From: a virus
Lineage: Duplodnaviria; Caudoviricetes
Direction: 5' to 3' (one strand)
Virus record (IMG/VR): IMGVR_UViG_3300040985_000755
Span: 1 to 27,492 of that record
DNA: 27,492 nucleotides
Shown: positions 9,935-18,848 of the stretch, piece by piece
Layout: every line of letters starts with the position of its first letter
Position numbering within the stretch: position 1 is the stretch's first letter
Notes under the pieces: generated by a model
Databases searched by the model: none
Told to the model about the DNA's origin: nothing
Seen by the model: only the letters and a program-made list of their open reading frames with translations
Translations under genes and position numbers: made by a program

Positions 9935-10507
9935 TTATACGATTGATGTTATATATGTTTCTTGTGAGATTATCTCGGAATCTTCATCAAGTAATGTCTG
10001 TTCTGTTTCTACAGTTTCGATTGATTCTGTAACTTCTGTAGCCTTCTCACTTAATGCACATAATAATGTTACATTGAAAGAAGCTCTTTGTTCCCAACTA
10101 GCACCATCTAACTCTACAGATATATCTATAACGTTAGTACTGTCAGAGAACCCAACCTTAGCGGCTGATAGCATATCGTTATACTGTGGCTGTACCAAAG
10201 CATGTGATATCTGCCAGCATGTACTAAGAGGATTAATCTCTTGTGCCGTATCTTCCCTAAAGGCTGCTATCTCAAACTGCATAATATAGTCAGCACCTGT
10301 TATCTCATAACCATCTTCGTCATACCCTAAGTGTTGCCCTTTAGCGACTCTCTCTAGGTTTATATAACGAATAGTGATGTAAGGGTCTTCAGGGCGTATC
10401 TTATCAGTCTTACCGAATGTGATGGTATTAGCAGGGTATTGTGTAGAAGCTTGTATCATATCCCACAGGACATTCTCTATGGTTTGTTTAGCTAAGTAAA
10501 AACTCAT
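9935..10507 (-). CDS. Neck / tail terminator protein
   Basis: Directly upstream of the sheath; 'RP..PYITI' and 'WEQRASF.V.L' patterns. Confidence 0.7.
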   Translation of the reverse strand: MSFYLAKQTIENVLWDMIQASTQYPANTITFGKTDKIRPEDPYITIRYINLERVAKGQHLGYDEDGYEITGADYIMQFEIAAFREDTAQEINPLSTCWQISHALVQPQYNDMLSAAKVGFSDSTNVIDISVELDGASWEQRASFNVTLLCALSEKATEVTESIETVETEQTLLDEDSEIISQETYITSIV

Positions 10508-10518
10508 AAGCTTCTCCT

Positions 10519-10899
10519 TTAAGTGAACTCTCTAACAACCATTACTTCATGGTGATTCAATACATTAGAACGCCAAGGTTTAGTGCTAATCATAATGTAG
10601 GTAACACCTTGATAGATGATCCTATCTGATAGCTCAGTAGTGAAAGACTCTATAGTTTTAACATCCGTTGTAGTTGTAAACCAGAAGACTTCCTTTTGAC
10701 GTAAATTCTCAGGTAGTGTAAGCTGCAAGTCACCCTGTATAGGTTGTAAACCCGAAGCGTTCTCTATTTGGAAAGGTGTCTCTAAAGGGTCTAGCGGTCT
10801 GTTACGTTCATCTACTTGTTCTGTATAGCGTCTACCTTCATAAGTAAACCTTGGTAGGAGTTTAGGACCCCATTTACCTCTGGGAAAACCCATAAACAT
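10519..10899 (-). CDS. Head closure / head-tail connector protein
   Basis: 126 aa in the neck cluster; 'LQP....L..LPE..R' and 'DRI.Y.G..Y' patterns. Confidence 0.65.
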   Translation of the reverse strand: MFMGFPRGKWGPKLLPRFTYEGRRYTEQVDERNRPLDPLETPFQIENASGLQPIQGDLQLTLPENLRQKEVFWFTTTTDVKTIESFTTELSDRIIYQGVTYIMISTKPWRSNVLNHHEVMVVREFT

Positions 10900-10904
10900 A
10901 TCTC

Positions 10905-11378
10905 CTATTTCTTAGCCACTTTATGTTCTACGTTATCTCTCATGTTACCTGAAGCAACTAGAGGTTCACTACTTCCCCAACGAGCTTGCTTATAAGCTTT
11001 ATAACTCTCAGCGTTAGCTGCATAGCTATTACTATTTATTCTTTTCTTGATGTTACTAGCCATAAGCTTAGCTACGTCTTCTAGGTCATCTTCGTAGTTC
11101 TTACCTTGACATAGTTGATATAATGCAAAAGCGACCATCTTAGTTCTTTTTATTAGGTCATCTTGTCCAGCATCAGACATGAAAGGTCTACGAGGAACAT
11201 TACCCCAACCGTAGTTGTTGAGGAAAGCCATTTGAGGGTATGTAGTATTGTGTACTGGATGAGCTTTAGCGTTAAAGTACCCAGCACTCATTTGTATATC
11301 ATCCACTTCAGCTAGTTCATTTATTATTTTATCTAGCTTTAAAGTATCTAAAGTTATAGTGAATTCATTGTTAGCCAT
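10905..11378 (-). CDS. Neck / tail completion protein
   Basis: 'A..NNYG...VPRRPFM' and 'PLVASGNMR..V' motifs typical of phage neck proteins. Confidence 0.75.
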   Translation of the reverse strand: MANNEFTITLDTLKLDKIINELAEVDDIQMSAGYFNAKAHPVHNTTYPQMAFLNNYGWGNVPRRPFMSDAGQDDLIKRTKMVAFALYQLCQGKNYEDDLEDVAKLMASNIKKRINSNSYAANAESYKAYKQARWGSSEPLVASGNMRDNVEHKVAKK

Positions 11379-11395
11379 AAGCTTACCTGTAGTTC

Positions 11396-11860
11396 TTATG
11401 TGTTACTGTAAGGGCTTATACGGCTTCCTGAGTAGTGTCCGTTACCATCAGCTATAACGTTACAGAACTTGTCTAAACGTACACCACCGATGATTATAGG
11501 AGCTTTAACAGCATCCTTAACGATTACGTCAGGGTTCTTATTATAGAAGTCATACAAGTCACAGATTGCTTTATAGCGTTCTTGTCCGTATATCTCTACT
11601 TCTACACTCCCTTCACGTTCTCTACTTCTAGCAGCATAAGGTGCCATAGCAGATTTCATAAATAGTAGTACATCTAAAGTGGAACGCCATATACGTACAT
11701 TAGCTGGTTTGTTACTGTATTGGTCTAACACCTCTAGGATAGTCATATCAGAAATGATGTAACAACCTTCTGTATTAAGTTCAGTATCACCAGAGTAATA
11801 CCTAACCTTACCAACCTCAGTAGTGAAGTCTGGTGGAGATACATCACAATTACAACTCAT
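11396..11860 (-). CDS. Head-tail adaptor protein
   Basis: 154 aa, first gene of the neck cluster; 'KVRY..GDT......ISD..I' pattern. Confidence 0.65.
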   Translation of the reverse strand: MSCNCDVSPPDFTTEVGKVRYYSGDTELNTEGCYIISDMTILEVLDQYSNKPANVRIWRSTLDVLLFMKSAMAPYAARSREREGSVEVEIYGQERYKAICDLYDFYNKNPDVIVKDAVKAPIIIGGVRLDKFCNVIADGNGHYSGSRISPYSNT

Positions 11861-12164
11861 CAGTTTCTCCTAATATATTATTCTTTTCTTTAAGGCGTTT
11901 CTTATTCCAGCGATAACCTTCTATACCCCACTTCACAAGTTTCTCTCCGAAGATTAAACCTGTGAGTACAACTGAAGCTATAGCAGCCCAATCTACAGCA
12001 GTGATACCAAACCATGCAACCACCTCTGGTGCTGCCTGTTGAGTCTTATCTGCCACAAGTGAACCTGCTCCAGCTGTAATAGCCGTAGCTTTAACGCTTA
12101 TTCGATCTGCTATCGGGTTGTCCGTCAGAAAGCTGCTCGCCCTCTCTATCCATATAATACTCAC
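11850..12164 (-). CDS. Putative holin
   Basis: 104 aa with a hydrophobic segment 'VDWAAIASVVLTGLIFG' followed by a basic tail (RWNKKRLKEK); GTG start overlaps the upstream TGA (GTGA, 12161-12164). Confidence 0.55.
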   Translation of the reverse strand: MSIIWIERASSFLTDNPIADRISVKATAITAGAGSLVADKTQQAAPEVVAWFGITAVDWAAIASVVLTGLIFGEKLVKWGIEGYRWNKKRLKEKNNILGETDEL

Positions 12165-12682
12165 GGTACACCTCCAAAACTATTCGCACTAGTCTTGCTA
12201 TTAGTAGCACCCCCAGTATTGTTATTGTTACAAATTCCTTTGACACCACCTCCAACTCCTAATATTAAACAGGCTAATAGATATGTGTGGATCGTAGGTA
12301 TTGCTATCTCATATAGATAATATATAAAAGTAGTTTCTATTGTGAAGTATGCCTCAAACATTAATACGAATGATAAGAAGCTCATACAACATACAGCTAC
12401 TAAATAGGGGAGTAATTCTTTACTAGGTTTCATAGACAAGTAGAGGAATAGTAAACCATCTAATAAGAACATGAAGCAATAGTATTTCCACATCTCAGCT
12501 ATACCTTCAAATGATTGTGAATATGTAGAGAAGTATGCTTGCACCCCTAATATAACTAAGAAGGCTAGAGAAAGAGAGGCTGTATTAGAACCCCTCTTAA
12601 GTAATACACCCACCAGAAACATCATAAAGTATCCAAGCAATATACCTGTATCTAACATACCAATGTGATACGATGAATGCAT
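12161..12682 (-). CDS. Multi-pass membrane protein (about 5 TM helices), function unknown
   Basis: Five long hydrophobic stretches; its SD (AGGT) overlaps the stop codon of the upstream peptide gene. Confidence 0.75.
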   Translation of the reverse strand: MHSSYHIGMLDTGILLGYFMMFLVGVLLKRGSNTASLSLAFLVILGVQAYFSTYSQSFEGIAEMWKYYCFMFLLDGLLFLYLSMKPSKELLPYLVAVCCMSFLSFVLMFEAYFTIETTFIYYLYEIAIPTIHTYLLACLILGVGGGVKGICNNNNTGGATNSKTSANSFGGVP

Positions 12683-12691
12683 GGTAATAAC

Positions 12692-12760
12692 CTATTTACG
12701 AACTACAGGTTTCTTAGGTTTTGTACCGCCACCTCTACGTGGACCTTTTGTTGAAGCCAT
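12692..12760 (-). CDS. 22-aa basic peptide MASTKGPRRGGGTKPKKPVVRK (not in ORF track)
   Basis: Strong SD AAGAGGA followed by AATATAAT-ATG; fills the gap between two genes; TAG at 12692-12694. Confidence 0.7.
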   Translation of the reverse strand: MASTKGPRRGGGTKPKKPVVRK

Positions 12761-12800
12761 ATTATATTTCCTCTTTGTTGGTTTATTACTTATTTAGTTA

Positions 12801-14207
12801 TTACACTTCAGTTATTACTAATGAAGCTCTATCTACAATGATATTAGAATTATTAGATATTGAGACTATCATACGGATGTTATCGTTAGGGTTTATCTGT
12901 GTAAGCATCTCTAAAGGTATAGATGTAGGTGTTGGGTTCTGAGTTATAGACCCTGAACGTACCTCTCCATCACTACCTGCTGTCCAGTTTACCGCAAACC
13001 TTATCTCTATAGTTTGACTACCGCCACCTACTTTCTCTACAGTGGCACTACCAGAACACTTAACTAATATGGGTATCTCTCCTGTATAGGTTACTACTCC
13101 AGATACGTCAACTGTAAACCTAGAAGAGGAACTACTTAACCAGTTGCCACCATCTACCTCTGTGAATACATTAGCTCCAGCATTAGGTACTGTTTCTGGA
13201 GCTACTAAGTAAGCATCTGTAGCATTAACTGTGTGAGGGATACTAGCATTGGTAGGTTCAAAATCCCAACGTGTATCTGATACAGATATACCTTGTAGCG
13301 GTGTGTTGAACCCTGTGAAGTTACAACCTTCTACAGTACCTACACTACCTGCTGGTAAGTTACCGCTGTTAGTAAGGCCACTCATAGGTATTGCTGTAGC
13401 GTCACCACTGAAGATTAAATTACCATACTCAGGGATGATAATCGTAGCAGCCCCCATATCAACACCTACCGCACCAGCACTTGCTAGGTTTATAGCTATA
13501 CGTTCTAGGGATGACAGTACAACGTTACCATCATGTAATACCGCATAAGTTCCTGTTACGTTTACTTGGCCTTCAGATAATACTAAGGTACCTCCTGAAG
13601 TACTCTTAGCTAAATGTAAGCAACTACCAACTACGAAATTGCTTAAGTTAATCCTATGGTTTATATTGAAGCTGTTATCACTAACGACCTCTACCAGAGT
13701 ACCATTAGGGCAGTCTAAACCTATAGTATATACATTAGATTTAACCTTATCTACCAAGAACATACTACCTGTACCAGTGTATGTCAGGAAAGGGTTATCA
13801 CTATCCACTATATCACTGAATACCGTACCACCCTTCATCAGGAACTGTTTACTAGTTATAAATGGTGAGCCAATCTTATAAGCAAAACCACTAGAGATGT
13901 CTATTGTATTAGCGTCTTGTATAGGGAAGTCAGATTCAGAGTTAATTACTAATGTAGTCTGAGCTAACCCAGCACCAACCTCGTTGATAGCATCAGCTAT
14001 ATCTGGTGAAGTTAGGAATTGAGTGGTACTTACAAAGGGTATCAATGTAGCGTCTAACCCTGCTTCATCTATTGTTAACGGTGTGCCTACATTACCGTCA
14101 CCAGTTATCTTTACGCCATCTGCTTCTACGGACTCTATTGCTTGGTTTAATTTATTACGTGAGACTAAACCTGTGTCTCCATTGTTTACTTGACTTATTT
14201 TAGCCAT
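12801..14207 (-). CDS. Putative fibre/spike or receptor-binding protein
   Basis: N-terminal 'NGDTG...R.KLN' attachment-type motif, a beta-rich middle resembling a beta-helix, and a C-terminal beta-sandwich-like domain; SD AAGGGGG. Confidence 0.55.
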   Translation of the reverse strand: MAKISQVNNGDTGLVSRNKLNQAIESVEADGVKITGDGNVGTPLTIDEAGLDATLIPFVSTTQFLTSPDIADAINEVGAGLAQTTLVINSESDFPIQDANTIDISSGFAYKIGSPFITSKQFLMKGGTVFSDIVDSDNPFLTYTGTGSMFLVDKVKSNVYTIGLDCPNGTLVEVVSDNSFNINHRINLSNFVVGSCLHLAKSTSGGTLVLSEGQVNVTGTYAVLHDGNVVLSSLERIAINLASAGAVGVDMGAATIIIPEYGNLIFSGDATAIPMSGLTNSGNLPAGSVGTVEGCNFTGFNTPLQGISVSDTRWDFEPTNASIPHTVNATDAYLVAPETVPNAGANVFTEVDGGNWLSSSSSRFTVDVSGVVTYTGEIPILVKCSGSATVEKVGGGSQTIEIRFAVNWTAGSDGEVRSGSITQNPTPTSIPLEMLTQINPNDNIRMIVSISNNSNIIVDRASLVITEV

Positions 14208-14221
14208 AATATATTACCCCC

Positions 14222-14368
14222 TTAAGGCCAAATACCTTCCGATTGCCAAAAACCAGCATCGTCCCAAACACCTGTAGTAAGTATCCATTGTTGGGTTATC
14301 GTAACTGAGTCATATACAGCGTCAGCATTAAGTAACCAATCAACTATGTAAGCTTGTTGTAACTTCAT
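14222..14368 (-). CDS. 48-aa Trp-rich small protein (not in ORF track)
   Basis: MKLQQAYIVDWLLNADAVYDSVTITQQWILTTGVWDDAGFWQSEGIWP; SD GAGG in the 3' end of the upstream gene; exactly fills the intergenic gap. Confidence 0.75.
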   Translation of the reverse strand: MKLQQAYIVDWLLNADAVYDSVTITQQWILTTGVWDDAGFWQSEGIWP

Positions 14369-14371
14369 AGG

Positions 14372-14623
14372 TTAACCCTCACCGACAACTACTATAGCCG
14401 TACCTTCAGTGGCTCTAGCGTAAGTGTTGCTTGAAGGTAACCCATCTTTAGTAACAAAACCCTGTCCTGGGGCTATATCGAAATAGTTAGGATCATCAAC
14501 AGCAGGCAGCACTGTAGAAAACACTACACGTACATACTGTGATGATTTATTCTGTAATACATTATTCGTGGCAGATACTTCCGTATAAGCTGCATCTGTC
14601 ACCGTGTAACTTTGTGTTGACAT
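14372..14623 (-). CDS. Small beta-rich virion protein, hypothetical
   Basis: 83 aa, SD GAGGA, beta-sandwich-like composition. Confidence 0.7.
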   Translation of the reverse strand: MSTQSYTVTDAAYTEVSATNNVLQNKSSQYVRVVFSTVLPAVDDPNYFDIAPGQGFVTKDGLPSSNTYARATEGTAIVVVGEG

Positions 14624-14721
14624 TTTCTTCCTCTCTTATATTTGAGAGAATTCATCTGTCGTGTGTTAGCCTTACGGCCTTAGTCCATTGTATGAATTCT
14701 TTATTAGACTACTAACCAGTG

Positions 14722-15036
14722 TTAGCAGCCGCAGCTAGATTCTGTAGCTGTTTTATAGCAAACCGTAGTAAGCTTCAACCCTGTAGATAATACTGTGAAT
14801 ACATACTTATATGTCTCACCTACTGTCCAAGGTATCGTAGGAGATAACGTAGTTCTGTACACACCTTTAGAGTCTGTAACATAACCTAACGTTTTAGGGA
14901 AGGTATCGCCTGTCATGATAACATCTGAGGAGTCGTACACTATAAGTGTTACATCTGCATCGTTGATGATTTCATTAGTGATAGCGTTACGTAATCCCTT
15001 AACTTCTACACTTTCTGTATTATTTGGAGAAGGCAT
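14722..15036 (-). CDS. Ig-like/adaptor-type virion protein, hypothetical
   Basis: 104 aa, SD AGGAGG, with an Ig-like 'DA.VTL.VYD......G.Y' pattern. Confidence 0.65.
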   Translation of the reverse strand: MPSPNNTESVEVKGLRNAITNEIINDADVTLIVYDSSDVIMTGDTFPKTLGYVTDSKGVYRTTLSPTIPWTVGETYKYVFTVLSTGLKLTTVCYKTATESSCGC

Positions 15037-15044
15037 ACAGCCTC

Positions 15045-15257
15045 CTATTTAGTATTCGTTTTAGTAACAACTTTAGCTGGTTGAACCTTGATAGGTTTAG
15101 TCGCTCTAGGTTGAGGGTCTTTACCTTCCACCTGAGCCACACCACATTCTAAAATAGCATCTGCAACGTTAGCTTCTAAAGGGTACTTGTTACCAGCGTA
15201 TAGAGTCTGACCTGCATGTTTAAAATCTTCTAACATTACGATAGTTTTAGTAGTCAT
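15045..15257 (-). CDS. Small hypothetical protein of the fibre module
   Basis: 70 aa, SD AGGA, tightly packed in the operon. Confidence 0.7.
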   Translation of the reverse strand: MTTKTIVMLEDFKHAGQTLYAGNKYPLEANVADAILECGVAQVEGKDPQPRATKPIKVQPAKVVTKTNTK

Positions 15258-15268
15258 AATTTATCCTA

Positions 15269-15640
15269 TTAAGCTGGGTCTGAAATTTCATTATCAAATG
15301 GGTTGATATCTACAGTATTACCTGAAGTAAGAGCTGTAGGGGTTGTCAAGGTAGTTACTAGACGTAGAGAGGTATCACCTAAATTAGTAATAGCTACATG
15401 GTCAGCACTACCAGAGGTATCTACCGTAGTACCTGTAGTTGGAGTTAACGTCCATTTGCGACCACTTCCATCACCATTGGCAGCTACGAAATCACCACCA
15501 ACTAAAGCTTGTGAGGCTAAGTTGAAAGTAGTGATTGCTTCAGTGTACGTTGTAGGTTGTCCAGCACAGACGTTGATAACGTCACCTTCAGTTAGTGCTA
15601 ATTGTGCGTCTATAATTGCATCAGGAATGAGCTTAGCCAT
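15269..15640 (-). CDS. Putative fibre subunit (small beta-rich structural protein)
   Basis: 123 aa, Thr/Gly/Ala-rich, SD GAAGGA; directly follows the 22-aa repeat protein. Confidence 0.6.
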   Translation of the reverse strand: MAKLIPDAIIDAQLALTEGDVINVCAGQPTTYTEAITTFNLASQALVGGDFVAANGDGSGRKWTLTPTTGTTVDTSGSADHVAITNLGDTSLRLVTTLTTPTALTSGNTVDINPFDNEISDPA

Positions 15641-15654
15641 ATTATCCTTCTCTT

Positions 15655-17556
15655 TTATTGTATGTTAATTGTTGAAGTGGTAAGAACATTACCATCTGTA
15701 ATCTTCTGTATTGATAAACTGTTGTATTCTCTTATAGTCATCACAAGGTAGCCTTCTGGAAGCTCGCCTAAGAACACACTATCGAGGTAGTTGTACTGTA
15801 TTAAATCTTGTGGATAAAGCTCGTCAGGTAATCCTAGAGAAGCGCTATCAAGTGTCACCGTAGTGGTGAGGTCATCTATAGTGACAGCTCCAGCATAAAC
15901 TAAGCTGGTGGTATCTAGGGTACTGGTAACGAGTAATGACTCCACAGTTAACCCTTGTTGTGTATCTACAGATGTAGTGTCTAACGTACTGATTGAAACT
16001 AAACCATCCACATCTAGCGTGAAGGTCAGGTTTAAGCTTGTTTCATCTAAAGTAGAGAGTGTAAGTAAGTCGTTAGCGGTTATACTGTACAGCGTACCTA
16101 CTGAAGCTGGATCTAATAAAGAAGTACTTGTAAGACTCTCTACCGCTATAGCTCCTTCAGTTATAAGAACTACTTCATCTAAGGTGTTTGTACTCTGTAA
16201 TTCATCTACAAGAAGCCCTGTGATGGTCTGTACTAAGACGTTATCTAGTAATGAGGTGTTTGTCAGTCCGTCTATAAATATGTTCGTAGCGGTGCTTACA
16301 GGAGCTTCTGCTAAGGTACTAGTGGAGGTTGTATCATCTGGTGTCACACTGTACTGTGTAGCTACTGAGGTGCTGTCTAATGTCACTGTTGAGGTTAACT
16401 CATCTATAAGTATACCAGATTCGGTAACCAGTATAGTGCTATCTAAGAAGCTCAGTGATAATGTGTCATCTACAATAAGACCTGTAACGGTGTCTACTGA
16501 AGAACTATCTAATACCACTGTTGAGGTTATGGCTTCTATAGCCAACCCTGTAATGGTAACTACAGAGGTAGTGTCTAATAAACTGTTACTTAAAGTACTA
16601 TCAACGGTTATGCTGTAGATTGTATCTACTATAGTACTGTCTAAGGTAGTGCTTGAAACTGTTGAGTCTATAGCAACACTATATTGTGTATTTACAGTAG
16701 CTATATCTAGGGTACTACTATTCAACAACCCATCGGCTATGAGACTGTACTGTGTAGCTACCGTGGTGTTATCTAAGGTGCTACTATTAAGTAAACCTTC
16801 TACACCTAAACTGTATATAGCACTGACTGAAGTGGTATCTAGTAAGCTACTACTTAACGTACCTTCTATAGGTAATTCTAAGGATGAGGCTAAAGAGTCT
16901 TCGTCTAGTGTGGATGTAGACAGTAAACCTTCTATAATAATCGCTGTAGTTGTAGTTACTGAGGTTGCATCTAAAGTACTAGTTGTGAGGAGTGAGTCTA
17001 TGAGTAGCTGTGTAGCACCACCACCAAGGTCTATCCAGTAATCATTAGTTCCAGTATCAAAACCTGAACCTGTAGCATCATTAGAGCCGATGGTATCGAT
17101 CAAGACAGGTTGTAGTCCTGTAACACTATGGTCACTCGCTGTTGCGTCATTACGCTGCACGACACCAGAACCATAGTCTAATTCCACATATTCAGCTAGC
17201 GCCCCAATGCAATCTTGAGGTGCTGTATATCGAGAGAATAGCGTAAATGATGTGGCTAAAGTAACATCGAATGATATAACATCACCCGCGATAGCGTTAA
17301 ACCAATCCGAAGGTGAGACTAGTATGCCGTTTAACTTGTGGTTAGATATACCTGATTGCTGAAAACTAGAGGTGCTACCAGATCTTAAAAAATAGGTGTT
17401 TTGAGATGGCCTTCCGTCAAACAAATAATTAAAGGATGTTGTCCTAACCCAGTCACTATATGCTGATCCAATTTTAATCCGTACATTAGCCGCACCCGCA
17501 GAACAGGGGATCACTATATAATCATTTGCACCGTCAAACTGTAACGCCCAAGCCAT
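15655..17556 (-). CDS. Lectin/LamG-like N-terminal domain plus 19 tandem 22-aa repeats; putative fibre tip/ruler protein
   Basis: Starts 'ALQFDGANDYI' (LamG-like N-terminal motif); a GGG linker precedes the regular Ser/Thr/Asp/Leu repeats. Confidence 0.7.
   Translation of the reverse strand: MAWALQFDGANDYIVIPCSAGAANVRIKIGSAYSDWVRTTSFNYLFDGRPSQNTYFLRSGSTSSFQQSGISNHKLNGILVSPSDWFNAIAGDVISFDVTLATSFTLFSRYTAPQDCIGALAEYVELDYGSGVVQRNDATASDHSVTGLQPVLIDTIGSNDATGSGFDTGTNDYWIDLGGGATQLLIDSLLTTSTLDATSVTTTTAIIIEGLLSTSTLDEDSLASSLELPIEGTLSSSLLDTTSVSAIYSLGVEGLLNSSTLDNTTVATQYSLIADGLLNSSTLDIATVNTQYSVAIDSTVSSTTLDSTIVDTIYSITVDSTLSNSLLDTTSVVTITGLAIEAITSTVVLDSSSVDTVTGLIVDDTLSLSFLDSTILVTESGILIDELTSTVTLDSTSVATQYSVTPDDTTSTSTLAEAPVSTATNIFIDGLTNTSLLDNVLVQTITGLLVDELQSTNTLDEVVLITEGAIAVESLTSTSLLDPASVGTLYSITANDLLTLSTLDETSLNLTFTLDVDGLVSISTLDTTSVDTQQGLTVESLLVTSTLDTTSLVYAGAVTIDDLTTTVTLDSASLGLPDELYPQDLIQYNYLDSVFLGELPEGYLVMTIREYNSLSIQKITDGNVLTTSTINIQ
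15760..17007 (-). repeat. Protein-level tandem repeat, 19 x 22 aa (66 bp), consensus L.(I/V)(D/E).L.S.S.LD..SV.T...
   Basis: Manual alignment from LLIDSLLTTSTLDATSVTTTTA to LYPQDLIQYNYLDSVFL with no indels; DNA-level identity is low. Confidence 0.9.
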
Positions 17557-17559
17557 AAG

Positions 17560-18264
17560 CTACCCCAACTCTAAAGTAAAACTATTAGGTGCTCCTAGCT
17601 CTACAGAAATAGTACCTACACCACTAGGACGTAGATTATCTAGTTTAACTATATAAGTACCAGCACTCTCATCAGCAAACTCTACAGCTCTACGTATAGG
17701 AGCTGCTGTGAAGTCATTATCTGCATAGGTGATCGTAGGTTGTAATCTTTCAAAGATACTCCCTGTGACGGTTATCTTAAGCTTACGTTTAGAAGCTGTC
17801 CAATTACCTTCACTTACAACGTTAACCTTACCACGAGCTTGTCTAACGAGCTTCAATGTAACGTTAGCAAACTTAGGTGTCTGCCCTTTGGCTAGTAACC
17901 CGTCACGTTCTACCGATGTAAGTATACCTGTAGTGGAGCCATCTGAAGGTGTTATCCCATCTAACTGTAACGCTACGAAAGCATCACACATAGTTAGTAC
18001 TGCTGGGTCTGTAAAGTCGAATTCATCTCTACCGTTAACCGTCACCATAACAGCTTTAGCGGCATTCTGTAGAGTGTGCCCTACTGTATCGGATATACTC
18101 TCTACTGTAGTTAGCTTGCCAATTTGAGCTAAGTATGACATAACGTAACCAGCTGGAGAAGCACCTTGTATGATTTCACCACTAGCTTGCAACTCACCAA
18201 CAGCAACTTCATCGTCATCTGAATAAGTACCTTTAGCTAATTCATCTATAATATCTTGTAACAT
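17560..18264 (-). CDS. Hypothetical virion protein of the fibre module
   Basis: 234 aa, SD AAGGA, 3-nt gap to the repeat protein. Confidence 0.7.
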   Translation of the reverse strand: MLQDIIDELAKGTYSDDDEVAVGELQASGEIIQGASPAGYVMSYLAQIGKLTTVESISDTVGHTLQNAAKAVMVTVNGRDEFDFTDPAVLTMCDAFVALQLDGITPSDGSTTGILTSVERDGLLAKGQTPKFANVTLKLVRQARGKVNVVSEGNWTASKRKLKITVTGSIFERLQPTITYADNDFTAAPIRRAVEFADESAGTYIVKLDNLRPSGVGTISVELGAPNSFTLELG

Positions 18265-18303
18265 ATTCAGGTTATCCTTGTATAATATTCTTTATAAAAC
18301 CTT

Positions 18304-18681
18304 TTACAGACTTCTCTCAAACTCTGCTATTTTTAACTCTCTTCTATAGATACGTCTGCAGTGGTCTGGATCATCACGGAAAATACCATTGACGATACGC
18401 TCCATAATAAGAGCGCCATAACGTTCATTGATAGCTCTCTCACCAGTAATACCACTGACTGTACGTTTCCGTTTGAAGTGAAACACACTACCCGCTAGTA
18501 CATCTATTTGGTACCACACGTTCATACAGTATTGTTGTGTAACACCTTTAACGAACATACCTATGAAAGTTATAACTAGGAAGGCTGCTATGTAAGGGTT
18601 ATATGCTAGAGCTACTGCCATTAATATGTATAAGGTACACGTTAAGAGGAAGCCTCCATAGCGTTTTAACTTTTCAGGCAT
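18304..18681 (-). CDS. Membrane-anchored hypothetical phage protein
   Basis: Two N-terminal hydrophobic helices, then a 'TVSG..G........IVN.IF....HC' motif; SD AAGGA. Confidence 0.7.
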   Translation of the reverse strand: MPEKLKRYGGFLLTCTLYILMAVALAYNPYIAAFLVITFIGMFVKGVTQQYCMNVWYQIDVLAGSVFHFKRKRTVSGITGERAINERYGALIMERIVNGIFRDDPDHCRRIYRRELKIAEFERSL

Positions 18682-18812
18682 CTTAGTAGTTTCCTTGTTG
18701 GATGTTATATACCTATAAAGGGTATAAATAATTAATGAAAAGCTTCTATAGAGAAGAAACGTTTTAGTGATTACTTATGAGGGGGGGTTGGACTAGGAAG
18801 TAGATACGAGAA

Positions 18813-18839
18813 AAGGAACACCTTTATGGGGTGTTCCTT
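18813..18839 (-). terminator. Intrinsic terminator, downstream copy of a 27-bp direct repeat
   Basis: Minus strand AAGGAACACC-CCATAAA-GGTGTTCCTT followed by TTCT; 10-bp perfect stem. Confidence 0.8.
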
Positions 18840-18848
18840 GTGGGTGAT

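Noticed and set aside
18781-18787. G7 homopolymer as a phase-variation site
   Set aside because: It is intergenic, short, and not inside a recognisable promoter spacer.
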